A stretch of DNA of 64,000 nt from Myxococcales bacterium (GTDB lineage: Bacteria > Myxococcota_A > Polyangia > Polyangiales > Polyangiaceae). How positions within the stretch are numbered: the stretch's first letter is position 1; each line of letters opens with the position of its first letter. Below, in pieces: positions 1 to 8,804 of this stretch. The translations under genes and the position numbers were made by a program. Below the pieces are notes generated by a model. It did no database searches. It was not told where the DNA came from and worked only from the letters and a program-made list of their open reading frames with translations. The stretch is from positions 1 to 64,000 of the forward strand of contig JAYTOU010000017.1 of the NCBI GenBank assembly GCA_043747615.1. Reading direction: 5' to 3'.

Positions 1-168
1 CACCTGCTCGCGCGAAAGCCCACCTTCCCCATCGAAAAAGCGGTCAAGGGAATGCTCCCGAAGAACGTGCTCGGACGCGAGATGCTCACCAAGCTGAAGC
101 TCTACGCGACGCCCGACCATCCGCACGCCGCTCAAAAACCGCAGCCCCTCACCATCAAGTCGAAGTAA
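1..168 (+). CDS. rplM: 50S ribosomal protein L13, C-terminal part (5' end outside window)
   Basis: Frame 1 reads [47 protein letters not shown], the L13 C-terminal signature; directly upstream of rpsI. Confidence 0.97.
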   Translation, partial: HLLARKPTFPIEKAVKGMLPKNVLGREMLTKLKLYATPDHPHAAQKPQPLTIKSK

Positions 169-175
169 GAAAAAC

Positions 176-574
176 ATGGCCACCACGGACACGCGTACGT
201 ACTCGACGGGCAAGCGCAAGACGGCGATCGCCCGCATCTGGATCAAGCCCGGCACCGGCACCATCGTCGTGAACGCGACCCCGGCCGACGAGTACTTCGA
301 GCGGGAGACGTCGCGGATGATCATGCGGCAGTCACTCGAGCTCATCGAAGCCATCGACAAGTACGACGTGACTGCGACGGTTCGCGGCGGCGGTCACTCG
401 GCCCAGGCCGAGGCCATGCGCCACGGTATCTCGCGCGCTCTCCTCTTGATCGACCCCGAGCTCCGCCCCGCCCTGAAACGAGCGGGATTCCTCACGCGCG
501 ACGCGCGCAAGAAGGAACGCAAGAAGTACGGTCAGCCCGGAGCTCGCAAGCGGTTCCAGTACTCCAAGCGCTAA
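176..574 (+). CDS. rpsI: 30S ribosomal protein S9
   Basis: [20 protein letters not shown] and [20 protein letters not shown] motifs. Confidence 0.99.
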   Translation: MATTDTRTYSTGKRKTAIARIWIKPGTGTIVVNATPADEYFERETSRMIMRQSLELIEAIDKYDVTATVRGGGHSAQAEAMRHGISRALLLIDPELRPALKRAGFLTRDARKKERKKYGQPGARKRFQYSKR

Positions 575-630
575 AGAGCGCGGGCTCGCACGTCCCCGCC
601 GCGCGCGTCGGCGATCCGGAAAGAGCACGG

Positions 631-1017
631 ATGGCGAGTCAGGAAAAAATCGCATGGGCAGCGTTCGCGGCAATCGCGTTGGTTGCCGTCGTGCGTGCTT
701 CGACCGCTGCGGTCATCCCCGATTCTCCTCCGGGCACGGACGAAGCGCGGCATGCGGTCTTCGTCGACCTTGCCTCCGCCGAGCCGAAGATGCGACGCGA
801 GTCAGCCAAGGATTTCCCGGCGGACCCTTGGTCGCAGGACGACAACTTTCACAACCTCGAATACAAAAAAGCGAAAGCGCTCGGCGGTGAGCGCGGCATA
901 TCGCTGAGCGACGTGCTCCGCTCGGCCGACGACGGCATGCGCGAAGTGTGGTCGCGACCGCCGGGTGTGTGGCTCAATCCTTCGGTGCCTCCGTGTCATC
1001 CGCGCCCGATTCACTGA
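631..1017 (+). CDS. Hypothetical exported/membrane-anchored protein
   Basis: 128 aa ORF, hydrophobic N-terminus, abuts the next gene. Confidence 0.7.
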   Translation: MASQEKIAWAAFAAIALVAVVRASTAAVIPDSPPGTDEARHAVFVDLASAEPKMRRESAKDFPADPWSQDDNFHNLEYKKAKALGGERGISLSDVLRSADDGMREVWSRPPGVWLNPSVPPCHPRPIH

Positions 1018-3308
1018 TCAAGGTCGTCAAGCAGTCGATCGATTTGCTCGGCAGGGCCGCGGCAAAGGCGCCCGTGCGTCTTGCGTACTTTGCGCTGCTC
1101 ACGCTCGTGACGACGTGGCCGCTCCTGTCGTCGGCAGGCTCGCTGAACACGTACCGGGATTCGCATCCGCTCGTTCAATACGAAGAGAGCGCGCGGCAGA
1201 CGCTCCTCCAGTTCGGTGAAGCGCCCCTCTGGGATCCGTATTACTGCGGCGGTCTCGACGGCCTGGGGACGCCACAAAGCCGCTTCGTTTCCCCAACATT
1301 TCTCATCACGCTGATTTTCGGGACGCTGCGCGCGGAGCCGCTCATCGCGTTCGTGATGATCCTCATCGGCCTCGAGGGTGCGTTCCGTTACGCACGCTCA
1401 CGCGGCAGCACCAACCTGGGCGCGGCTCTCGGGTCTCCGGTCTTCGCTCTCAGCGGGATCTTCGCGGTCGCACCCGCGCTCGGTTGGTACAATTTCTTCG
1501 GCTTCGAGCTCGTGCCTTGGGCCGTCCTCGGGGTGCGCTGGGCCATGCGCGGGCGCGGCGTCGGGGTGGTGCTCGCGGCCGTGGCTCTCGCCTGGATCGT
1601 GGGCTTCGGAGGAACGTACTCCGCGCCGATGGCCGCGCTGTGGTGCGCCTTCGAGGTGGTCGAGTTCGCGATCGCCAAACGGAAGAATTTGGGGCGCCTC
1701 AAGATCGCGCTGCCGATGGCGGTGCTCACGGGAGTCCTCGCCCTCGAGCTCGCTGCGATTCGGCTGTGGCCCGTGGTCGAGACCCTGCGCATGGCTCCGC
1801 GCATCATCGGTGGCAGCCCGGGAACAATGCCGGAGATCATCCTTCGCATGCTCCTCGGGCGCATCCATCCCGACAACGCCGGAGACTTTCGCCCCGCCGG
1901 AACTTTTCTCGTCGGAGGCTTCGCGGCGATCGCCGTCGGCGCTGGATTGGCGAGAAAAAAATCCATTCCGCTGATCTTGGCGGCGTCGTTCTGGATGTGG
2001 CTCGCGGCGGGCTACGCTGCAAACGTGTCGGCCTTCGCGGCGCTGAAAGAGCTCCCGCTCTACTCGACCCTCCGCTACCCCGAGCGCTTCCTCATTCTCT
2101 TCGCGCTCGCCGTGAGCGCGATCGCCGCCCTCGGGATCTCGCGTCTCCAGGTGTACGCGCGAAATCGGAAGATGGGCGGCGTCGCGCTCGCCGTCGCGGT
2201 GGCGGCGATGCTCGCGAATCTCGGACCGCTCGTCGTCAATCACTGGGCGGCCACGAACGGACGCCCCATGGGCCCGCCTCCTCCGACGCTCAGCCAGGAT
2301 TTTCATCAGGCGCGCGGAACACGCTGGGCGCTCGCCTACTACGGACCGATGAGCCGCGGGTGCCTCTCCTGCTACGACGCCTATCCCGTGCCGCAATCAC
2401 CGCTGCTGCGCGGCGATTTGAAGGCGGAGGAGTACCTCGAGGACGCAACGGCGGGCACGGTGACGCGCACGAAATGGACGCCGAACCACATCGAGCTCAC
2501 GGTGCATCTCGAGCGCCCTGCCCGCCTGCGGATCAACCAGAATTGGCATCCCGGATGGCGCACGAGCGTCGGTACGATCGCAAGCGAGAAGGGTCTCCTC
2601 GCCGTGGAGCTTCCTGCAGGCGACCACGCGCTCACCCTGCGATTTCTCCCTCGAGCCGCGGTGGGCGGTGCCTTGGCGACGCTGGCCGCGCTTGCGGTCC
2701 TCGGTTGGCTCTTGGCGTTCACGCGACGGACGGGGCACATGCCCGGCGCGTCGAAGATGGCGCTTCTGTCGATGGTGCCGATCGTTCCGGTGGTGCTGGC
2801 CTTCGCACTCATGCACGAACCGCCGCTCCCCAAGACGGATCTGCGCACGCCGAACGGCGAGGACATCGTCGTCGACGCGCCACCGAAGGACGCGCGCATC
2901 CTGCACACCAAGTTCGCCGCCGGGATGACGCTCGAGGCTGCGCGTCTCAGCTCCGCCAAGCCTGCCGCGGAGAGCGCGCTCACGATCGAGCTCGATTGGA
3001 AGGCAGACGCACAGGTCGAGCCGGGGATGGGCGTGTTCGTCCACCTCGTCCCCACGTCGGGAGAGGATCTTCGAGCCGACCACGTGATGCTCTCCGATGT
3101 TCTGGAGATCGAGAAAGCTCCGCCGGGAAAGATCCTTCGCGACATCGGAGAGATCACCATCCCTTTCGATGCAGGCGGGAAACAGTGGACCGTGTGGGCC
3201 GGCCTTTGGCGTGTCCGGAAAAACGGCAAACGGGTCAGCATCGAGGACAACGGCAGCGCAGCGGTCGCCGATGACCGAGTACAGATCGGCACCTTCTATG
3301 TCCCATAA
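948..3308 (+). CDS. Polytopic membrane protein, YfhO/GT-C glycosyltransferase-like, with C-terminal soluble beta domain (true start probably ~1014-1050)
   Basis: Many TM segments; PLWDPYYCGG, LRYPERF and INQNWHPGW motifs resemble YfhO-like proteins. Confidence 0.7.
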   Translation: MVATAGCVAQSFGASVSSAPDSLIKVVKQSIDLLGRAAAKAPVRLAYFALLTLVTTWPLLSSAGSLNTYRDSHPLVQYEESARQTLLQFGEAPLWDPYYCGGLDGLGTPQSRFVSPTFLITLIFGTLRAEPLIAFVMILIGLEGAFRYARSRGSTNLGAALGSPVFALSGIFAVAPALGWYNFFGFELVPWAVLGVRWAMRGRGVGVVLAAVALAWIVGFGGTYSAPMAALWCAFEVVEFAIAKRKNLGRLKIALPMAVLTGVLALELAAIRLWPVVETLRMAPRIIGGSPGTMPEIILRMLLGRIHPDNAGDFRPAGTFLVGGFAAIAVGAGLARKKSIPLILAASFWMWLAAGYAANVSAFAALKELPLYSTLRYPERFLILFALAVSAIAALGISRLQVYARNRKMGGVALAVAVAAMLANLGPLVVNHWAATNGRPMGPPPPTLSQDFHQARGTRWALAYYGPMSRGCLSCYDAYPVPQSPLLRGDLKAEEYLEDATAGTVTRTKWTPNHIELTVHLERPARLRINQNWHPGWRTSVGTIASEKGLLAVELPAGDHALTLRFLPRAAVGGALATLAALAVLGWLLAFTRRTGHMPGASKMALLSMVPIVPVVLAFALMHEPPLPKTDLRTPNGEDIVVDAPPKDARILHTKFAAGMTLEAARLSSAKPAAESALTIELDWKADAQVEPGMGVFVHLVPTSGEDLRADHVMLSDVLEIEKAPPGKILRDIGEITIPFDAGGKQWTVWAGLWRVRKNGKRVSIEDNGSAAVADDRVQIGTFYVP

Positions 3309-3326
3309 AGTGCTAGGACCAGAGTC

Positions 3327-4310
3327 GTGAAGCGGCTTTTAAAGCTCGTTCTGCCGGTCCTCGTTTCGGCGGCTCTGCTCTCCGTCGGAGTGCGGTCTGC
3401 GGATGCGTCGATCGTCGAGCGGGTCGTCGCCGTCGTCGGCGAGCGCCCCATTCTTCTCAGCGATCTGCGGAAGCGTGCGCACCCGTTCTTGATCCACATC
3501 TACGCCACCACCCAAAATCCGACGCAGCAGGCGGCGCAAGAGACGGACATGTTTCGCGAGCTCCTCGATCGCATGATCGACGATCGTCTCGAAGAGCAAG
3601 CCGCGGACAAAGCGCACCTCAACGTCACGACCGAAGAGATCGATCGCGGCCTGAAGAACAAAGCCGACAGCATCAACCTCGCGGTGAGGGAGCTTCTCTC
3701 CGAGGCCAAGCGCCAAGGGCTCAGCGAGCAAGACTACCGCGACGAGATCAGGCGCCAGGTGCTCGAAGGAAAGCTCGTCCAGCTTCGCGTCCTTAGCCGC
3801 GTCCGGGTCACGGAAGAAGATGCGCACGCGGCCTACGGTCACTGGCGCAAAGACATGGGCACCGAGACCCTCGCCGACGTCCGCATCCTCGCCATGCGCA
3901 TCGAAGCGGGCTCAACCGAAGCGCAGATCAAAGCACGCGAGCAGCTCGCGCAGACCATCGTCCTCCAGGCCCGAAGCGGGGTCGATTTCTGCAAGCTCGT
4001 CAAAGAAAATTCCGACGACATGCAGACCAAGCAGACCTGCGGCTCCCGTGGTCCCCAGCCGCTCTCGGCTCTGCTCCCCGCGCTCCAGGACACCGTCCGC
4101 CAGATGAAGACCGGCGAAATCGCCGATCCCATCCGCTACGGCAACGATGCCATGATCGTCGTGCAGCTCGCAAAAGCGCCGAGCATTCCCAAGTTCGAAG
4201 AAGTCAAAGCGGCAATGCAAGAGCGCGCCGTCGCCGAAGCACTCGAGCGCCAGCGCAAGCTCTGGCTCGCCGAGCTCCGACGCACGGTTTACGTCGACAT
4301 TCGGCTTTAA
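3327..4310 (+). CDS. surA: SurA-like periplasmic chaperone / parvulin PPIase
   Basis: Signal peptide, IVERVVAVVGERPILLSDL N-domain, single rotamase-like domain (DFCKLVKENSDD). Confidence 0.8.
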   Translation: MKRLLKLVLPVLVSAALLSVGVRSADASIVERVVAVVGERPILLSDLRKRAHPFLIHIYATTQNPTQQAAQETDMFRELLDRMIDDRLEEQAADKAHLNVTTEEIDRGLKNKADSINLAVRELLSEAKRQGLSEQDYRDEIRRQVLEGKLVQLRVLSRVRVTEEDAHAAYGHWRKDMGTETLADVRILAMRIEAGSTEAQIKAREQLAQTIVLQARSGVDFCKLVKENSDDMQTKQTCGSRGPQPLSALLPALQDTVRQMKTGEIADPIRYGNDAMIVVQLAKAPSIPKFEEVKAAMQERAVAEALERQRKLWLAELRRTVYVDIRL

Positions 4311-5515
4311 TTGCCCCGGAGGCCTCCCTTGGAGAGGTGCGTGATCGCTTCTCCAAGGCCGTCGAGCGTGAGCGGGAACATCGAAAAAATTCCGGACAGG
4401 GCCTCCGCGGTACCGCCGCGCCAGTACGACGCCGGCTCCGGATTGAGCCAGACCGCGCGCCGAAAATGCTCCTGGAGACGCATCATCCAGCGGATCCCGG
4501 GGAGCGCGCCTTCACCGTCGTGCGCGCGCGCGTAATACTCCCAATCTCCGGCACCGAGGAGCTCGGCGGGGTGCATCGACGCGTCGCCGACGATGACCAA
4601 CTTCCACTCCGTGTTGCACTGGTCCAGCACGTCGATCATGCGCTGGGGGTCGCGGAAATTTTCGGTCTCGTAGAGGCGGCCGTAGATGCAGTTGTGGAAG
4701 TAGTACGTCTTTAGCTGGCGGATGTTGGACGCGCGTTTCGCCGCCGAAAACAAGGTCGAAATGAGATGAGCGTGTGGGTCCATCGAGCCGCCCACGTCCA
4801 TCAAGAGGAGCACGCGCACGTTCGATTTGCGCGGGGGACGAAGGACGATCTCGAGGTCGCCAGCGTTCTTTGCGGTCTCGGCGATCGTCTCGTCGAGATC
4901 GAGCTCGAGGGCCTCACCTAGGCGTTGGAACGCGCGGAGCTTGCGGAGTGCGACCTCCATCTGGCGCACGTCGAGGACGAGATCGGAGCGGTACGGTTTG
5001 TACTGACGCGCATCGGCCACGCCCATCGCGCTCCGTCCACCGCCAGACTTTCCGACGCGAACGCCGCTCGGATGGGTTCCCCCGGATCCAAAGGGGCTGG
5101 TGCCTCCGGTGCCGATCCATTTGTTGCCGCCGTCGTGCCGCTCTTTCTGCTCGCGGAGCCGCTCTTCGAAGAGGCGGCGGAGCTCGTCCATGTCGATCGA
5201 CTGAAGCTGGGCGAGCTCTTCGTCCGTGAGCTCCCGACGGTTCTTCGGATCCTTCAGCCAGTTCTCGAGCTCGTCGAGGAGCTCGATGCGCGCTGTAGCG
5301 ATCCCCCTGAAGTGGCTCGAAAAAGCCTGATCGAACGCGTCGAGGTCTCCCTCGCGGTGCACGCAGAGGGAGCGCGCCACGTAATAGAATCCGTCGAGGG
5401 AGCTATCGTGCAAGCCCATGGCGAGCGCGCGCGCGAGGGCCACGGCTTCTTGAGTGCCGACCTTCACCTTGCGAGCGCGGAGCTCGTAGAGGAAGGGAAC
5501 GAACGCGGCGCTCAT
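4307..5515 (-). CDS. VWA domain (CoxE-like) protein
   Basis: HDGGNKWIGTGGTSPFG and MIDAS-like LMDVGGSM; YFHNC; IVGDASM; WLNPEP. Confidence 0.9.
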   Translation of the reverse strand: MSAAFVPFLYELRARKVKVGTQEAVALARALAMGLHDSSLDGFYYVARSLCVHREGDLDAFDQAFSSHFRGIATARIELLDELENWLKDPKNRRELTDEELAQLQSIDMDELRRLFEERLREQKERHDGGNKWIGTGGTSPFGSGGTHPSGVRVGKSGGGRSAMGVADARQYKPYRSDLVLDVRQMEVALRKLRAFQRLGEALELDLDETIAETAKNAGDLEIVLRPPRKSNVRVLLLMDVGGSMDPHAHLISTLFSAAKRASNIRQLKTYYFHNCIYGRLYETENFRDPQRMIDVLDQCNTEWKLVIVGDASMHPAELLGAGDWEYYARAHDGEGALPGIRWMMRLQEHFRRAVWLNPEPASYWRGGTAEALSGIFSMFPLTLDGLGEAITHLSKGGLRGN

Positions 5516-7173
5516 GGTGTGCTCCCTCCGCAGCGCATGTCACCTTGGGTCCGCGCCGCGACCTCGTAGTCGCCCGCGGGCACGTTCGACGGAAGGACGA
5601 GCGCGCCCACGAAATCGCCGTGCGCATCGGTGGCAATGGATCCGATCGTCAGCTCGTGTTGGCGATGGGCGATCTCGCGAAGGCCCACGTCGACGACGAC
5701 GTTGGAGCAGGCGTCCCCGTCGGCGAGGACGCGCCCCTTTACATGAAGGGCACCGCCGCGGCGCGCATCGGGGTCCGCTACCGTGAGCGTGATCGTCGAT
5801 GGCAGCCGCTCGTCTTTTTCGCTCTTCGCATTTGCCTGGTCAGCGCCCGCTTTCGCGGAAGGCGCGGAGGCCATGTTGGTCGAGGGAATCACCGCGGGGG
5901 TACCGCCGTTTCGAGGGCCGTTGGAGCCGTTCGCGGATGCCGATTTCAAGGCGTTTTTCGCGCGATCGGCAAGGTCGGCGCCGCGCGATGCGCCGGTTGG
6001 CCAGGCGAAAGGATCGCCCGGCGGCACGTGCGAGGTCGTCGCGCTGCGCGGGTCTCCGAGGGTTCGTCCCGCGCCGCCGAGATCGATACGGCGAAAGAGC
6101 GTGCCGTCGTGAACCTCTACCCAGGCGTGTGCTTCGTTCACGACCATGCGCGTGGGGAGCCCAAGACCGAGGGCCGTCACGAGAAACGCAAACGCACGGT
6201 GGCGGCAGACGCCCTTCTGGGAGAGCGCGAGATCCAGGTAAATGTCCGTGGTTCCACGGGGTGGCTCGTCCGAGTCGACGAACGCGCGGTAGTACGCGAC
6301 GAGCTTCCTCACTACCTCGCGTGGGCTCTCTGCGCGGCTCACCCCGATGCGCGCCGCGACGACTTGCACTGCGGCGGCGACGTTCGGAGGAATTCGTTGG
6401 AGCGGCGGATAGTCTGCCCAGCGCGGACTACCGAAGTCGCCACCGAACGCGGCGCGCGGGATGGTGAGCTCCATTACCAACCGCACGCGTGAGGGCTGCA
6501 TTCCCTCGACGAACCAGTTGTCGGCGCCGTCCCGCCACAGATGAATCGGAACGTCGTTGCCGCCGCCGCTCGCAGCGTGGGCTCGCACCACGCGCGCCCC
6601 GGGGCCCACGCTGGGAATTCGTACGCGCGACCCAGGCCGCACGTCGACCACGAGATCCGCGAAGAACTGCTCTTCGCCGCCGTCGGGCGCGAAGGACGCG
6701 TGATCGACGATGGGCTCGAGGTGCGTGTCGCGAACGTGAAGCGTGTAGTTTGCATCTACGACGTCGTAGGCCACGAGGCGCTTGAAGGGAGCAGTCGATG
6801 GCTCGAATGGGTCATCGTAAGGGAGGACGTCGGGCTGCTTCGTGTCGCGATCGGGAGTGTAGGTCGCGCTGCCCGCGACGTCTGATTTCCCACCCGAGGT
6901 GTAGACCGAATCGGCGGCGGAAGCGGGTTTTCGCGGGTCAGGCGCGCGCACCACGCCACTCGGCGTCTCGATCGCCGCGGGGAGCTCGCCGTCGAGCACC
7001 ACCCCGAGCATCATGTCGTCCCGCGGATCTAGGGGGATCTGCTCATGCAGCGTGTACCCGCCGGCCAGAGCTGGCTGGACGAGCGCGAACATTGCCGTCA
7101 CGACGCTCAATCGCCGCGCGGCTTGCATGAGAACGGGATGACGCAACGAACGCATGGAGAGAGCCCGCCTCAA
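5512..7173 (-). CDS. Exported transglutaminase-like domain protein
   Basis: Cys-His-Asp triad: GVCRHRAF, AHAWVEV, RIDLGG; signal peptide. Confidence 0.85.
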   Translation of the reverse strand: MRRALSMRSLRHPVLMQAARRLSVVTAMFALVQPALAGGYTLHEQIPLDPRDDMMLGVVLDGELPAAIETPSGVVRAPDPRKPASAADSVYTSGGKSDVAGSATYTPDRDTKQPDVLPYDDPFEPSTAPFKRLVAYDVVDANYTLHVRDTHLEPIVDHASFAPDGGEEQFFADLVVDVRPGSRVRIPSVGPGARVVRAHAASGGGNDVPIHLWRDGADNWFVEGMQPSRVRLVMELTIPRAAFGGDFGSPRWADYPPLQRIPPNVAAAVQVVAARIGVSRAESPREVVRKLVAYYRAFVDSDEPPRGTTDIYLDLALSQKGVCRHRAFAFLVTALGLGLPTRMVVNEAHAWVEVHDGTLFRRIDLGGAGRTLGDPRSATTSHVPPGDPFAWPTGASRGADLADRAKNALKSASANGSNGPRNGGTPAVIPSTNMASAPSAKAGADQANAKSEKDERLPSTITLTVADPDARRGGALHVKGRVLADGDACSNVVVDVGLREIAHRQHELTIGSIATDAHGDFVGALVLPSNVPAGDYEVAARTQGDMRCGGSTP

Positions 7174-7559
7174 TGAAACGCGGCGCGAGACTCACCAGGG
7201 CGTGACTCACCGGGAAGCGTGCCGGAGCTCGGGGGGCCGGTCCAGCCGCCGGGCTCGTAAATGTAGCCGCTCTCCGTCTGCACGTAGCGCGGGCCGTACC
7301 ACGATGCACCAGGGGGAGCGGTCTCCCAGTGCCCGGGAATCCAAGCGTATTCTGCGCCGGTCCAGTGCCAGTATCCGCCGACCCAGGTAGCCGCAGGGGC
7401 AGGAGACGCCGTTCGCGGCTCTTGAATCGGAGGAGGCGGCGGGCCGGTGACGACGAACCCGCGCGCCGGCGGCTGAGTTGCGGTTGCGACGCAGGCTTGA
7501 GAGAACGCCGCCACGGCGAATACAAAAAGAAGCCCACACAGCTGACTCGGCTTCGTCAC
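7170..7559 (-). CDS. YXWGXW/WXXGXW-repeat lipoprotein
   Basis: GTG start; lipobox SQAC; poly-Pro; WVGGYWHW, WIPGHW, YEPGGW repeats. Confidence 0.85.
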   Translation of the reverse strand: MTKPSQLCGLLFVFAVAAFSQACVATATQPPARGFVVTGPPPPPIQEPRTASPAPAATWVGGYWHWTGAEYAWIPGHWETAPPGASWYGPRYVQTESGYIYEPGGWTGPPSSGTLPGESRPGESRAAFH

Positions 7560-7585
7560 GCGAAGAGAATACCATCGACCGCACC

Positions 7586-8764
7586 ATGACGCCTCCCCAT
7601 CCTGAGGGACTCCGAGAGCAGCTCGCGCAACTCGATCCCGTCCTGCGGAAGCATCTCGATTCTGCTGGATTCGACGCCGCGCGCCTCGAACGACTCGCCG
7701 CCTCACTCCGCGCAAAAGCCGAGGGAAAGGCGGCGGAGGGCGAGGCTCGGCGCGACGAGCGCAACCGCGTGACGGGAGAAGTTCGTCCCCCGGACTCCGA
7801 CGAAATTCTCGTCGCTCCGCGCCGCGGCTCGCCGGAGTCTGCGCATCTCGCCACCAAAGGCGAAGCGGCGATGGCCCGCGGGGAGCTCGCGTTTTGTGTC
7901 CTGGCCGGCGGGATGGCGACCCGCATGGGTGGCGTTGTCAAAGCGCTCGTCGAGGCGACGCCGGGGAAAACTTTTTTGGATCTTCGCCTCGCTGAAAATC
8001 GCTCGGTGTGCGAGCGCACGGGGACGACCGTTCCTTTGTGGCTGATGACCAGCGAGGCCACCGACGGGCCGATTCGGGCGGCGCTCAAGGCGGCCGGTGC
8101 TCCCTCGCATGTTCGCACGTTCACCCAAGATCTCAGCTTGCGCCTCGCGCACGATGGAGGTCTTTTTTACGGAGAAGACGGTGAGCCGAGCGTTTACGCG
8201 ACCGGCCACGGCGATCTCCCGGATGCCGTGCGGCGCTCAGGGCTCCTCCGATCGTTTCGTCAGTCGGGCGGGCGCTTCGTGTGGATAGCGAACCTCGACA
8301 ACCTGGGCGCGACGATCGATCCGATGATCCTCGGCGCCTTCATCACCTCGAACAAAGAAGTGCTGGTCGAGGTCTGCGACAAGGCCGAAGGCGATCGCGG
8401 CGGCATCCCCGTTCACGCCCACGGGCGTCTTCAAGTGCTCGAAGAGTTCCGCCTGCCGCGCACGTTCGACGCCGCAAAGGTCCGTGTCTTCAACACCAAT
8501 ACATTTCTCGTCCGCGCCGACGCTCTCGAGAACGCCGACATCGCATGGAGCTGGTTCGAGGTGGAAAAAAAGGTCGGCGGCGGCGCGGCCATTCAGTTCG
8601 AGCGCCTTCTCCAAGAGCTCACCGGCGCGCTCCCCTCCGCTTATTTGCGCGTTCCTCGCGAGGGAAAAGAGTCGCGCTTTCTTCCCGTGAAAGACAACGA
8701 AGAGCTCGCTCGCCGCAGAGGCGACATCGAAGCGGTAATGCGCAGTCGCGGCCTTCTTCTTTGA
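7586..8764 (+). CDS. UTP--glucose-1-phosphate uridylyltransferase family protein (UDPGP/UAP, eukaryote-type fold)
   Basis: LAGGMATRMG, ATGHGD, ANLDNLGA, FNTNTF, FLPVKD motifs. Confidence 0.88.
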   Translation: MTPPHPEGLREQLAQLDPVLRKHLDSAGFDAARLERLAASLRAKAEGKAAEGEARRDERNRVTGEVRPPDSDEILVAPRRGSPESAHLATKGEAAMARGELAFCVLAGGMATRMGGVVKALVEATPGKTFLDLRLAENRSVCERTGTTVPLWLMTSEATDGPIRAALKAAGAPSHVRTFTQDLSLRLAHDGGLFYGEDGEPSVYATGHGDLPDAVRRSGLLRSFRQSGGRFVWIANLDNLGATIDPMILGAFITSNKEVLVEVCDKAEGDRGGIPVHAHGRLQVLEEFRLPRTFDAAKVRVFNTNTFLVRADALENADIAWSWFEVEKKVGGGAAIQFERLLQELTGALPSAYLRVPREGKESRFLPVKDNEELARRRGDIEAVMRSRGLLL

Positions 8765-8804
8765 GCCACGATCGGGGATACGATGGTTTCGTGAAGAGGA
8801 AGCC

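Noticed and set aside
7186..7213. 15-bp-period direct repeat containing GACTCACC
   Set aside because: Encodes PGESR twice at a lipoprotein tail; a small coding duplication
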